Shown here in pieces: positions 39,856 to 49,498 of a stretch of 64,000 nt of DNA. The position numbers were made by a program, and so were the translations under genes. Every line of letters starts with the position of its first letter. Positions within the stretch are counted from its first letter, which is position 1. The notes beneath the pieces are model-generated. The model made no database searches and was not told where the DNA came from. It was given only the letters and a program-made list of their open reading frames with translations. Source of the DNA: Minisyncoccota bacterium (lineage in GTDB: Bacteria; Patescibacteriota; Minisyncoccia; Phycocordibacterales; JABAAK01); NCBI GenBank assembly GCA_965222235.1, contig OZ244939.1:248585-312584 (forward strand), read 5' to 3'.

Positions 39856-39929
39856 TAGCGGGGGTTGGATTTGAACCAACGACCTCCAGGTTATGAGCCT
39901 GGCGAGCTACCTGACTGCTCTACCCCGCT
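39856..39929 (-). tRNA. tRNA-Met(CAT), initiator-like body
   Basis: AGCGGGGTAGAGCAGTCAGGTAGCTCGCCAGG-CTCATAA-CCTGGAGGTCGTTGGTTCAAATCCAACCCCCGCTA. Confidence 0.93.
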
Positions 39930-40057
39930 TCACTGCCGCAGGGTATATATACGCCTCATACATTTCTCTCAATATATGTATGTCTGTACAGCGTGTTTCA
40001 TGATTACCTTACGACGTACCGCCAGTATACAAAAATTGAACAATAAATGCAAATACA

Positions 40058-41080
40058 CTATGCCCAATGCGGCAGGAGACCGAGCCAAATGAGCGCTTCT
40101 TTGTACACTGAAGAAACTTTCTCCGCCACCTGCCCCGTTATCACCACGCTGTCCCCGGATTCATCTCCGAGACCGCGCATCCGGACAATGACACTGTGAG
40201 CTTCCCAGAGCCGATCAATCATCCACAGATCGTCTTCAGTCATTTCCTGCAGTCTCCCGTGCAGATCAGTGCCCTCAAACCGAAGGAGTATCAGCACGCC
40301 GTCAAGCACCTCCTCAAAGCTGACAAACGCCCCCTTCCACGATTCGGCGTCGCCTGATTCCGCGGCGACGCGTGCGGTCTCCCACTGCTCCCGCAGCTGG
40401 CGCGTCCGCCGCTTATCCTGCATCAGGCGGGAAATGTAGGTCGCGCGAAGCGTATGCTGTTCATACCACACTGTCCGCTTTTTTTCATACCGATATCCGA
40501 TGTAGCCGAACGCCACAACCGGCAGTGCAAGCAGCGCCATGAGAATATATATTGTATTGAGATAGAAATTGCGGAACCAGTTCGTGTACTGCTGTGTCGC
40601 AACGGGGGTGATCTGATGCAACGGCACATCCCCGGACGGCGTGCCGGCGTGAAGAAAGAGGATCGATGACACCGGAACGGAAAACAGAGAAGAAAACACC
40701 GACAGCGGACGGTACTCCCCCTCAACGAAGGAGGGCTGCGCCTTCGCAAGAATGTGCACACGTGCTGTTCCTTCCTCTTTATCCACCGAGTCAACGATGC
40801 CGCAGGCACCGGCGGTAATCACCGTCTCGCCGATTGAAACTGAACTCGTCGTTACCACCGTCGCGCCCGGAATATAGTCAATGGTGCGGGGATCGGGAAA
40901 GTTCGCGTCGTCATCCACATTGCCGCAGAAACCGACAAGGGTTGTCGCGGCGATTGAAAGCACACCGAACACCAGCAGTGCCAAAAAGAATATTTCAACC
41001 GGCGTCTGCACTGACTCCAACACCTTTTCCCCTATCTCATCCGCAATAGAGCGGGATGCATCCTGTGAATCTTCAGCCAT
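40058..41080 (-). CDS. Hypothetical membrane protein (2 TM)
   Basis: Two hydrophobic segments and a helical C-terminal domain; follows gatA. Confidence 0.7.
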   Translation of the reverse strand: MAEDSQDASRSIADEIGEKVLESVQTPVEIFFLALLVFGVLSIAATTLVGFCGNVDDDANFPDPRTIDYIPGATVVTTSSVSIGETVITAGACGIVDSVDKEEGTARVHILAKAQPSFVEGEYRPLSVFSSLFSVPVSSILFLHAGTPSGDVPLHQITPVATQQYTNWFRNFYLNTIYILMALLALPVVAFGYIGYRYEKKRTVWYEQHTLRATYISRLMQDKRRTRQLREQWETARVAAESGDAESWKGAFVSFEEVLDGVLILLRFEGTDLHGRLQEMTEDDLWMIDRLWEAHSVIVRMRGLGDESGDSVVITGQVAEKVSSVYKEALIWLGLLPHWA

Positions 41081-41110
41081 ACTACTTCCAGTATATATGA
41101 TAGTTCCGGA

Positions 41111-42508
41111 CTACATTGACTGTATATCACGCGCACAGGCGAACAATATATCCTCGCATCCGTATCCTGATATGCACTGCACACCCCGCGGCAGCCCGTC
41201 AGTCCGCATCGGCACCGACAGTGCCGGCAGACCGGTCAGATTCGCCTGAAGCGTCAGCCGGTCCTCGGCATACATAGCAAGCGGATCCTGCTTCTCGCCG
41301 GCAATAAACGCCGTATCAGGCGCCGTCGGCAAAAGCAACACCGGCACCTCGTGCAACGCCGTAAGAAACGCCGAGCGCATTGCCCTGCGCGCCGCCATTG
41401 CTTTTTTGTAGTATGCGTCATAGTAGCCGGCAGAGAGCACATAGGTGCCGACGACGATGCGCCGCGTCACCTCATCCCCGAATCCGGCGCTCCGGGTGTT
41501 GATATAGTCAGCCCACAGCGTGTCGCCATCAATATGCAGCCCGTACCGCATGCCGTCAAACCGGGCCAGGTTTGATGATGCCTCGGCAGGCTGAATGATG
41601 TAATATATCGGACCGGCATGCTCCATAACCGGCAATGACACGGTCCGAACGGTATACCCGCAGCTTTTAAGCGAACGTAGTGTTTCGTTAAACGCCGCCA
41701 TGGTTTCCGCCGATACGCCGATCGTCTCAAGACTGTCGGGCACACCGACTATTTTTTCACCGGAACACGAACCTGAATCGGTATAGAAATCAAGCGTACT
41801 GTCATACGCCTCCCCCTCACCGGCTATCACCTGAAATAACAGTGCGGCATCATCAACCGTACGCGCGAGCGGACCGATGACATCAAGTGACGAACCGAGT
41901 GCGATGAGTCCGTGGCGTGATACGGAGCCGTAGGTCGGTTTCAGACCGACCAGCCCGCAGAAACCTGCCGGCTGACGAATGGAGCCGCCGGTGTCCGAGC
42001 CGAGTGCCAGCGGTACCGCGCCCATAGCGACCGCCGCGGCCGATCCCCCCGAGGAACCTCCGGGCACCCGGGTGATATCGTGCGGATTGCGCGTCGGACC
42101 GTACACGGAATGTTCGGTGCTTGATCCCATCGCGAACTCATCCATATTCGTCCGACCGACCAGTACCGCCCCCTGTTCGCGCAACCTGGAGATGACCGCG
42201 GCATCATACGGCGAGATAAACCCCTCCAGTATGTGGGAAGCGGCGGTTGCGGCATGCCCTTTCACACAGATGTTGTCCTTCACTGCGACAGGAATGCCCG
42301 TCAGCGGCTGTGTGCGTCCTTCGGCAATCATCGCATCAGCGATGCACGCGTCCTCATCCGCGGAATCAAAGGTTTCAATGAACGCATTGACGGAGGGGTT
42401 TTTTTCAGTGATGATTCGGCGTGCTTCTGCCAGCAAATCCGCGGCGGATGTTCCGCCGTCCTTCAATGTCCGCTGCATGTCCCGCACTGTTGCCTCCGCG
42501 TACTTCAT
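41111..42508 (-). CDS. gatA: Asp/Glu-tRNA amidotransferase subunit A
   Basis: KDNI, NMDEFAMGSSTE, PGGSSGGSAAAV, GSDTGGSIRQPA, SSNLARFDG. Confidence 0.97.
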   Translation of the reverse strand: MKYAEATVRDMQRTLKDGGTSAADLLAEARRIITEKNPSVNAFIETFDSADEDACIADAMIAEGRTQPLTGIPVAVKDNICVKGHAATAASHILEGFISPYDAAVISRLREQGAVLVGRTNMDEFAMGSSTEHSVYGPTRNPHDITRVPGGSSGGSAAAVAMGAVPLALGSDTGGSIRQPAGFCGLVGLKPTYGSVSRHGLIALGSSLDVIGPLARTVDDAALLFQVIAGEGEAYDSTLDFYTDSGSCSGEKIVGVPDSLETIGVSAETMAAFNETLRSLKSCGYTVRTVSLPVMEHAGPIYYIIQPAEASSNLARFDGMRYGLHIDGDTLWADYINTRSAGFGDEVTRRIVVGTYVLSAGYYDAYYKKAMAARRAMRSAFLTALHEVPVLLLPTAPDTAFIAGEKQDPLAMYAEDRLTLQANLTGLPALSVPMRTDGLPRGVQCISGYGCEDILFACARDIQSM

Positions 42509-42777
42509 GACAATATCTTTTTAGAAAGAAACCAGTCCTTATGTCGCGCGGGCGCCTGAGCCAACATCTCATCGCGGTATATGCCGGCGGGCACCGTAAC
42601 GGCATCATCACGGAACATATTCACGCGACCGGCGAATTCGTCCGAACCGGCAACGGACTGCACTTCCGCGACAAATGAGAGAATATCCTCGACGGTCTCG
42701 CGCAGTTTTTCGCGTTCACCCTCACTCTTTTCAAGAAGCGAGAGGCGTATCGCCCGTTCAATGGCATCCTGTTCCAT
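42505..42777 (-). CDS. gatC: Asp/Glu-tRNA amidotransferase subunit C
   Basis: Directly upstream of gatA with ATGA overlap; ILSFV, NMFRDD, APARHKDWF..KIL. Confidence 0.88.
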   Translation of the reverse strand: MEQDAIERAIRLSLLEKSEGEREKLRETVEDILSFVAEVQSVAGSDEFAGRVNMFRDDAVTVPAGIYRDEMLAQAPARHKDWFLSKKILS

Positions 42778-42824
42778 ATATGCATAATATACCGCAAAAA
42801 TACCGCACACCCAAATAACTACCC

Positions 42825-43971
42825 CCTAAGTTCAAACAAATAATAGAACACCTGTCATATACCAAGTAATACTGGAGACATATGACAAAAGCAAAGAAAA
42901 AGAGACGGGAACCGTTCACCCGTCTGAATATTCATGAACGGAGTAGTATTGAAGTGAGATACTGTGCTGACAAGAGATCCCTGCGGGAGATAGCGAAAGA
43001 GTTGGGCAGGTCACCGGGAACCATACATCGGGAAATAGGGGGAAAACCGAGAAAAGGAGTCGGACGGTACTGCGCGCTGAGGGCACAGCGGGAAGCAGAG
43101 AAAAGGATACACACCCGGGGGAGGAAAGGAGTGCTGACCGACAGAGCACTCCTTGGGTATGTGCGGGAGAAGATGGAGGAAGGATGGTCTCCCGAGCAGG
43201 TGAGTATTCGTCTTCCCCGGGAGTTTCCGGAGGACACAACCATGCGGGTATCTCATGAGACGATATATACCTTCATATATGCGCAGATTCACCAAAGCGG
43301 ACACGGTATCGTGAAACCGGGGTATCTAGACTTACGGTCTCTTCTGCCGAGAAGAAGGAAGAGACGCATACGGCAAGGAGTGAGAAACACACAGAAAACA
43401 GAACGAAGAGCGGCCTTGCCCTCCATTGAGGAGAGACCGGGGATAGAGGGGGTAATCGGTCATTGGGAAGGTGACACCATGCTCTCAAGGAAAAGCAGCG
43501 TTAGGGTAAAGAGTATGAATGAAAAGATGACCGGTCTGGCATTCTTTGAGAAAACAAAAGACGGTACCGCTGAGTCCTGTGACGCGGCAATCATCAGACG
43601 AATGCGCGCTGTCCCTCCGAGATACCGCAAGACCCTCACCCAGGACAGAGGGGCGGAGAATAGGGGGTACCGCACCGTTGAAAAAGAACTCAGTCTCTCC
43701 TGCTACTTCGCCCATCCGTACTGCTCTCATGAAAGAGGATCAAACGAGAACACCAACGGATTGTTCCGTCGGTGTTTCCCGAAGGGGACTGACTTTGACA
43801 AAAGCAATGACCGTGACATTGCCAAGGTTGAGTACCTATTGAATACCCGTCCCAGGAAACGCCTTACTGGTCTGACCCCTTACGAGGTATTCTACCGCAT
43901 GACCGGTGTCAATCTCCAGAGGATGGCATATTACAAACTGACAGGTGTTCAATTAGAAGTTTGAATGTAGG
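42825..43971 (+). mobile_element. IS30-family insertion sequence, copy 2 (1147 bp)
   Basis: Same element as copy 1 (one difference seen at IRL position 3, T vs C); CCC target duplication (42822-42824, 43972-43974). Confidence 0.93.
42882..43964 (+). CDS. IS30-family DDE transposase
   Basis: Protein identical to 20648..21730. Confidence 0.95.
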   Translation: MTKAKKKRREPFTRLNIHERSSIEVRYCADKRSLREIAKELGRSPGTIHREIGGKPRKGVGRYCALRAQREAEKRIHTRGRKGVLTDRALLGYVREKMEEGWSPEQVSIRLPREFPEDTTMRVSHETIYTFIYAQIHQSGHGIVKPGYLDLRSLLPRRRKRRIRQGVRNTQKTERRAALPSIEERPGIEGVIGHWEGDTMLSRKSSVRVKSMNEKMTGLAFFEKTKDGTAESCDAAIIRRMRAVPPRYRKTLTQDRGAENRGYRTVEKELSLSCYFAHPYCSHERGSNENTNGLFRRCFPKGTDFDKSNDRDIAKVEYLLNTRPRKRLTGLTPYEVFYRMTGVNLQRMAYYKLTGVQLEV

Positions 43972-44224
43972 CCCTGAGGCACGGCGACGGATAATCAAAA
44001 GTATCAATTGGCGGGGTTCATATTATTTCACTTCCCCGGATGACCGAGGAAACCACACGATATCTAGAAAGTCGTACTGCACTCTCTGTAGCAAACTCTG
44101 CCTGGATGCCAGTCTCTGGACATTCATGCTTGAGTACGAAAACGACATCTGCGCGTATGATACGGAAGAGCACAACGACCTGTCATATCGGTTTACGGCA
44201 TGACATACCCTGCGCTATTATTTA

Positions 44225-44646
44225 TTATTTGGCGCGTTCGGGTATGTTGAAATCTTCTTTTACGCTCTCTTCCACCATCGGAGATTTATATATTCCTCTC
44301 AAAAGTCTGTTGAGTAAATCTTCAGATACGGGATCACACATTATGAAAGCATCAACGGAAAAATGTTTCGCAGTAATTGGCATCGGCTTATTACAGTCAA
44401 AACATGTTTTCTTTGTTAATGAACACTCTCTGCTATTCCTAGCACTTTGATATTCATCTTCCTCAACCAGTACCAGAGCATTTTGAACATAAAGATTTTT
44501 TTCTGTGTATATGAAATTCTTTTTTCTACCTGAGAGGTCGCCATAACGAGCAACACTTTTGACTTAACGGTGTTGCTCTTGCTGATAACAACCCATCTGT
44601 GACTTCCCTCACTGAAGTCATATACAAACACAGATCCGATACTCAT
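44225..44646 (-). pseudogene. Putative toxin partner of the Panacea antitoxin, frameshifted in an A7 run
   Basis: MSIGSVFVY..HRWVVI..LVMATSQ continues in the -1 frame after the A7 (44496-44502) as NLYVQNALVLVEEDEY..TCFDCN..GIYKSPMV..AK*; adding one A gives 140 aa. Confidence 0.65.
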
Positions 44647-45293
44647 ATTCGCGCCGCTTCCAAAATTTTCTCTGCCTGCTTATGTTCGATATAAAGATCT
44701 CTCGCCGTTTTAAGATCACACACTCCGAGTATATCTTTATTGTTCCCCGTTGCCGCACTCAACAGTTCTTCCTCGTCTATGTCCTCCCACTTTTCGCTTT
44801 TTTCAAACTTCGCCCCTTCCGGATATATGTGCGTTTTTTCCCAAAACACCCCCCTGCTTTCCGGCTGCTTGAGATCCTTCCTGAATATGTTCCAAACAAA
44901 ATCAAGAACCTCCCGGTCAGTTTCAGACAATTGTTTCATATCCGTTTCTCTCACGGATTCTATTTTCATGCGCGGGCGGTTCCCATCTTTGGAAGGGGTG
45001 TTCGGGAATGCCGTGACCGCAATAAACTCACGCGCATACTTCACCTGTTCCGCCCTGTTTTCGTCATCGTTTGAACAGGACTCAATCAACTCGACCGTGT
45101 TTTTCGCAACCGGTCCCATCTGTTTCGCCTGATATAAATCACCCGTTATGGTCCGCAGGTAGTCGCAAATGTGTTTTTTGTCGGCAAAATACACTAGTTT
45201 GAGCATGTTTGTTTTGTACAGCGGAATACCTTCTTTTTCTGCCCTTGCCGCAAAAAAGCTGAGGACCTGCGTTGCCTTTTTATAATTAAACAT
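44643..45293 (-). CDS. Panacea/SocA (DUF4065) antitoxin
   Basis: KATQVLSFF, KTNMLKLVYFADK.H...Y.RTITGD.Y.A..MGPV, LSETDREVLD. Confidence 0.82.
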   Translation of the reverse strand: MFNYKKATQVLSFFAARAEKEGIPLYKTNMLKLVYFADKKHICDYLRTITGDLYQAKQMGPVAKNTVELIESCSNDDENRAEQVKYAREFIAVTAFPNTPSKDGNRPRMKIESVRETDMKQLSETDREVLDFVWNIFRKDLKQPESRGVFWEKTHIYPEGAKFEKSEKWEDIDEEELLSAATGNNKDILGVCDLKTARDLYIEHKQAEKILEAARI

Positions 45294-45503
45294 ACGCCTT
45301 ATGTATAAACAGTATACCTATTAACCGCCTTTTCACCAAATTCCGTGGAAAACTCCGTTTAAACCGTACGGTGGTGTTCATGATTTGACGCTTGAACTAA
45401 TCCGATACTTTTGCTCTGTTCAAAAGTTTCATTGGGCGGAGTGAACGGAACCACGCTTGAACTTGTGCGGCACTTCAAGAATGAAATAATCGGAGATGAC
45501 CAC

Positions 45504-46350
45504 TGATCCGTCTTTTCATTTTACCACCCCAAAAAACGCACTACAGAGCCAAGAAAAGTGCCATAACTATGGAAATGACCTACTCGCTCGCTCCGTACCG
45601 ACACTGAAGCCGTGTCGGCACATCGCTCGCTCATATTCCGGCACCAGCAAAGCCGGTGCCGGAGACAGATGGTGTCCCTACTTTTTCTTTGCAATTTCAT
45701 CCCGCCGCACATCGCCTCGCAAAGCGAGGCAGTGAACGGAAAAGAAAAAAGTAGGGACGCTCCACTAAAATGTATGAAAGAGACACACCTCGCCGTCTTC
45801 ACAGTTCTGAGTATGAAACTTACTATAGATTGCACTAAATCCCAGAAATAAAAAAACAATAAAGAGAATAATAAAAAGAAAATGGTACCCACGAAACCTG
45901 GGCTGTTTTGTATGTTCGTCTATGTTTTTCCCTCGGAAAGCAGAGAGAACAAGTACGGTAGGTATATTTATCAAGGGAATGGCAATGAGGATAGAAAACC
46001 ATCGTGACCAGCCAATGTCATTGAGCCGTTTTGATGCAACAGGTATAAGGAGAAGTGGAAGTATAATTAAAAAACTCGCAATCGCGTCAATCCAGAAAGT
46101 AGGGTCCTTGAAAGTCTTATAAAGAGTGGTTGTAAAGTAAAGTAAGTATGTAAGTTCAATCAGCGGAAACCAGAGAAAATACAATGTCCAAACAAAAAAA
46201 GGCAATCTCCCCACACGCCCCTGAAACAATTTTTTGTGATCTGAAATAAGTTTTTTGATACTACCCATATACACAGAATATACCATGGGATACATTTTTT
46301 TCCGGCTCTGTAGTGCGTTTTTTGGGGTGGTAAAATGAAAAGACGGATCA
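45504..46350. repeat. Segment bounded by perfect 47-bp inverted repeats
   Basis: TGATCCGTCTTTTCATTTTACCACCCCAAAAAACGCACTACAGAGCC at 45504-45550 and its exact reverse complement at 46304-46350. Confidence 0.92.
45765..46268 (-). CDS. DUF805-family inner-membrane protein
   Basis: FQGRVGRLPF, VASKRLNDIGWSRW..LIAIPLIN. Start moved to MGSIKK. Confidence 0.78.
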   Translation of the reverse strand: MGSIKKLISDHKKLFQGRVGRLPFFVWTLYFLWFPLIELTYLLYFTTTLYKTFKDPTFWIDAIASFLIILPLLLIPVASKRLNDIGWSRWFSILIAIPLINIPTVLVLSAFRGKNIDEHTKQPRFRGYHFLFIILFIVFLFLGFSAIYSKFHTQNCEDGEVCLFHTF

Positions 46351-46431
46351 TAGGCGCGCGCCTGCGCGCGCTCCATCAAGGCACCGGCAAAGCCGGTGCC
46401 GAACACACGACCGACAGGGAGTGTGTCCCAC

Positions 46432-46524
<93 letters not shown>

Positions 46525-46568
46525 TGAATACATACCACCATATCACACAACCGCGGACACGAATACCC

Positions 46569-46958
46569 CTACTCAAACATAATATCGTCATCCCGCTCCC
46601 GAAGCCTGTCCAGATAACTTTGAAGGATAATTGTAGCGGCCTCCGCGTCACTCCCTCTACCTATTCGGGCGGCCTCCCGCGTGGAAAACTGTTCCGGATG
46701 CAGAACCACTTCGGCAACTCCGTGTAGTGCGTCAGCAATATCACGAATATGCGCCATAACCGGATTGTCAGATCCGTCCAGCGCATACGACGCGCCGATG
46801 ACGACCGTACCGATGCGTCTCTCAGCGATGAGTGCGGTGATGGATGCAACACACTCGGACCGGGAGACAACCGAAAGTGGAAATGCGACCGTGCCGCCGT
46901 CATCAGAAACGGCGATGCCCACGCGCTTTTCACCGATATCAGCACCGAGATATTTCAT
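46569..46958 (-). CDS. yqgF: Pre-16S rRNA nuclease YqgF/RuvX
   Basis: LGADIGEKRVGIAVSD, EQFSTREA, AATIILQSYL. Confidence 0.9.
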   Translation of the reverse strand: MKYLGADIGEKRVGIAVSDDGGTVAFPLSVVSRSECVASITALIAERRIGTVVIGASYALDGSDNPVMAHIRDIADALHGVAEVVLHPEQFSTREAARIGRGSDAEAATIILQSYLDRLRERDDDIMFE

Positions 46959-46967
46959 ATATTCATG

Positions 46968-48632
46968 TTACTTCTTTCTCCTGCCGCTCCGCTTCTTCCC
47001 CGCTTTCACCAGGCCGGTGAAGAGCGGATTGGGAGAAAACGGCCGGGCCGTAAATTCAGGATGATACTGCACACCGACAAAGAACGGGTGTTCTGTAGTC
47101 GGCAACTCCACCGCCTCAACGAGACCGGTCTTTGAGTACGCGGACACACACAGCTTATGCTCAAGAAGATCGTCAACATACGCATCATTTACCTCATACC
47201 GGTGCCGGTGCCGCTCATCGGCCTTGTCAGCACCGTAGAGCGACCGGAGCACGGTTCCCTTTTCAAAATACGCAGTATAGGCACCGAGGCGCATGCTTCC
47301 GCCGTATCGCTGCTCCGCCAGCTTATCACGCTGATCTTCCATAACGGTGATGACGGGATGCTTCGTTTTCGGATCAACCTCAATGGTATGCGCTGACTTT
47401 TTTCCGACCACATACCGCATATATTCAACGACCATCAGTTGCATACCGTAGCAGATGCCGAGCAGCGGAATGCCCCTGCGCCGCGCATGATGGATGACGG
47501 CAATCTTGCCGTCAACACCCCGCAAACCGAAACCGCCGGGGATAATAATGCCGTCATACTGCTCAAGATCCTTGAGAGATTTCGCCGCCGGTCGGTCCTC
47601 AAACTTCTTCGCACTCAGCCATGCAATTTCCGGGCGCACGCCGGCCTGAACACAGGAGAAACGAATTGCCTCTATGACCGAGACATATGAGTCGCCGAGC
47701 ACGTATGAACCTGTTTCAAAATACTTGCCGATGATACCGATACGCACAACCGACTTCCCGTTTTTGCGGATACTTTCACTGATTCGCTTCCAGCGCGTCA
47801 GCACACCGGCTGATTTCTGCTTCGGCAGATGCAGTTCGTTAATAAGAATGGAGCCGAGATGCGCCCTGTTGAAATTCAGGGGGACATCGTAGATGCTTTC
47901 CACATCGGGCGCCGGGATAATATTCTCTTTTTGTATATTGCAGGCGTTCGCTATCTTCTCCCGCCGTTTTGTGTCAATCTTCCCCTCCGAGCGGGCGATG
48001 ACAACGGAGGGATTGATACCGTATGAATTCAGCATGCGCACCGCATTCTGTGTCGGCCGGGTTTTCACCTCACCGATTGTTTTCGGATACGGCAGATAAC
48101 TGATGAGTACGAACAGTACGCTGTCCGGCGCGTCCAGGTACATGCACCGGGCCGTCTCAAGAAAGAGCATGTTCTGATAGTCACCGAGCGTGCCGCCGAT
48201 CTCAACGATCTGCACATCGCATTTGGACCGCTGCGCGGACAGCTCAATGCGCGTGCGAATCTCCTCAACAACGTGCGGAATCGCCTCAACGCATTTACCG
48301 CCGTACTTAAACGAACGCTCCCGCTCAATGACGGACTGATACACCATGCCGCTCGTCATGTAGTCATGCGGAGAGAGCGAGCGGTTCAGAAACCGTTCGT
48401 AGTTGCCCATATCCTGATCCGTTTCAAGGCCCGAATCCAGCACAAACACCTCTCCGTGCTCAGTCGGGCTCATGGTGCCGGCATCAACATTGAGATACGG
48501 ATCAACCTTCATGACGTTCACCCGGTATCCGTAGTGCGTAAGGATAACGCCGATGGATGAGGCACTGATTCCTTTTCCAATACCCGACATGACACCGCCG
48601 ACAATGAATATATATTTCGTGTTTTTTTTCAT
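46968..48632 (-). CDS. pyrG: CTP synthase
   Basis: GGVMSGIGKG, DPYLNVDAGTMSP.EHGEVFV, GICYGMQ, ERHRHRYE, QYHPEF. Confidence 0.97.
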   Translation of the reverse strand: MKKNTKYIFIVGGVMSGIGKGISASSIGVILTHYGYRVNVMKVDPYLNVDAGTMSPTEHGEVFVLDSGLETDQDMGNYERFLNRSLSPHDYMTSGMVYQSVIERERSFKYGGKCVEAIPHVVEEIRTRIELSAQRSKCDVQIVEIGGTLGDYQNMLFLETARCMYLDAPDSVLFVLISYLPYPKTIGEVKTRPTQNAVRMLNSYGINPSVVIARSEGKIDTKRREKIANACNIQKENIIPAPDVESIYDVPLNFNRAHLGSILINELHLPKQKSAGVLTRWKRISESIRKNGKSVVRIGIIGKYFETGSYVLGDSYVSVIEAIRFSCVQAGVRPEIAWLSAKKFEDRPAAKSLKDLEQYDGIIIPGGFGLRGVDGKIAVIHHARRRGIPLLGICYGMQLMVVEYMRYVVGKKSAHTIEVDPKTKHPVITVMEDQRDKLAEQRYGGSMRLGAYTAYFEKGTVLRSLYGADKADERHRHRYEVNDAYVDDLLEHKLCVSAYSKTGLVEAVELPTTEHPFFVGVQYHPEFTARPFSPNPLFTGLVKAGKKRSGRRKK

Positions 48633-48720
48633 ATGATTGCACACCGCCCTGCCGGCCGCGCAGACGCGCGACCGTACAACACCCCACCGACTGAGTAATA
48701 AGGAGCGGGAGACCCGAACG

Positions 48721-49407
48721 CTATTCGGAAGCGTTCAGCATGACATTGATGACCTTGCTGGTCATGTCTGGAACGCCGTAGAATTGGGTATGATGCACCA
48801 CCTCGGCATTCGTCGCGGTACCGTTGGCAATATTTTCCGCGCCGCGGGATGGATCGGGCTGCCCTCCCGCAAAACCGGAACCAATCGGGGTATTCTCTTC
48901 AGTTCCCATGTCAAGAATCTCCGACCAGATGGAAACATCGTCAATGAGTGAACCGTCATCCCTGTACAGCGGAATGTGGTTAAGGAACACGACGCCGTCA
49001 TTGGTCTGCACAATCATCGCCATATATGACATCTTGGCATCAAGCTCCTCGGCGGCAACGACAACTGTCTGGGAACCGCCCGGGGACATTTCATGTGTCA
49101 TATATACACTGTACACATCAGTGTTGTCGCGCAGCAGATTGATAACTTCTTCGGGGTTGCCGACCTTGGCGAGAGACTCGTACGGTGCCGGCACTTCCTG
49201 ACCGAGATAGTTTATAAGGTTATCATGCTTGTGAACTACCAGCACGCCCGGAGAAATGTCATACTCGGATTTGTTCTCAAACAGAATGGTGACTTCCTGC
49301 CCGCCGCCGAAGCTCGGAACGATGGTTCCCGACGAATTACTCAACATGGCTGCGATGACCCCTACCAGAATGATCAGCAGTATTATCCATAAAGAAAACT
49401 TTTGCAT
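48721..49407 (-). CDS. Spondin_N-domain exported protein
   Basis: N-terminal TM, ISPGVLVVH, MIVQTND, DMGTEEN. Confidence 0.75.
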   Translation of the reverse strand: MQKFSLWIILLIILVGVIAAMLSNSSGTIVPSFGGGQEVTILFENKSEYDISPGVLVVHKHDNLINYLGQEVPAPYESLAKVGNPEEVINLLRDNTDVYSVYMTHEMSPGGSQTVVVAAEELDAKMSYMAMIVQTNDGVVFLNHIPLYRDDGSLIDDVSIWSEILDMGTEENTPIGSGFAGGQPDPSRGAENIANGTATNAEVVHHTQFYGVPDMTSKVINVMLNASE

Positions 49408-49498
49408 AAAAGTTGGTGTAATGATTGATAATAGTTTGGTGCAACCCCGTAACTGAGATTACATATATATACTACACTGATTCCCGTATACTGAACAT

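Noticed and set aside
20591-43971. Composite transposon formed by the two IS30 copies
   Set aside because: Each copy has its own target duplication (AGA vs CCC), and the interval contains core gatCA and tRNA genes
43961-44203. 80-aa ORF starting in the IS right end
   Set aside because: The start lies within IRR, no family was recognised, and no matching 5' half is evident left of the IS
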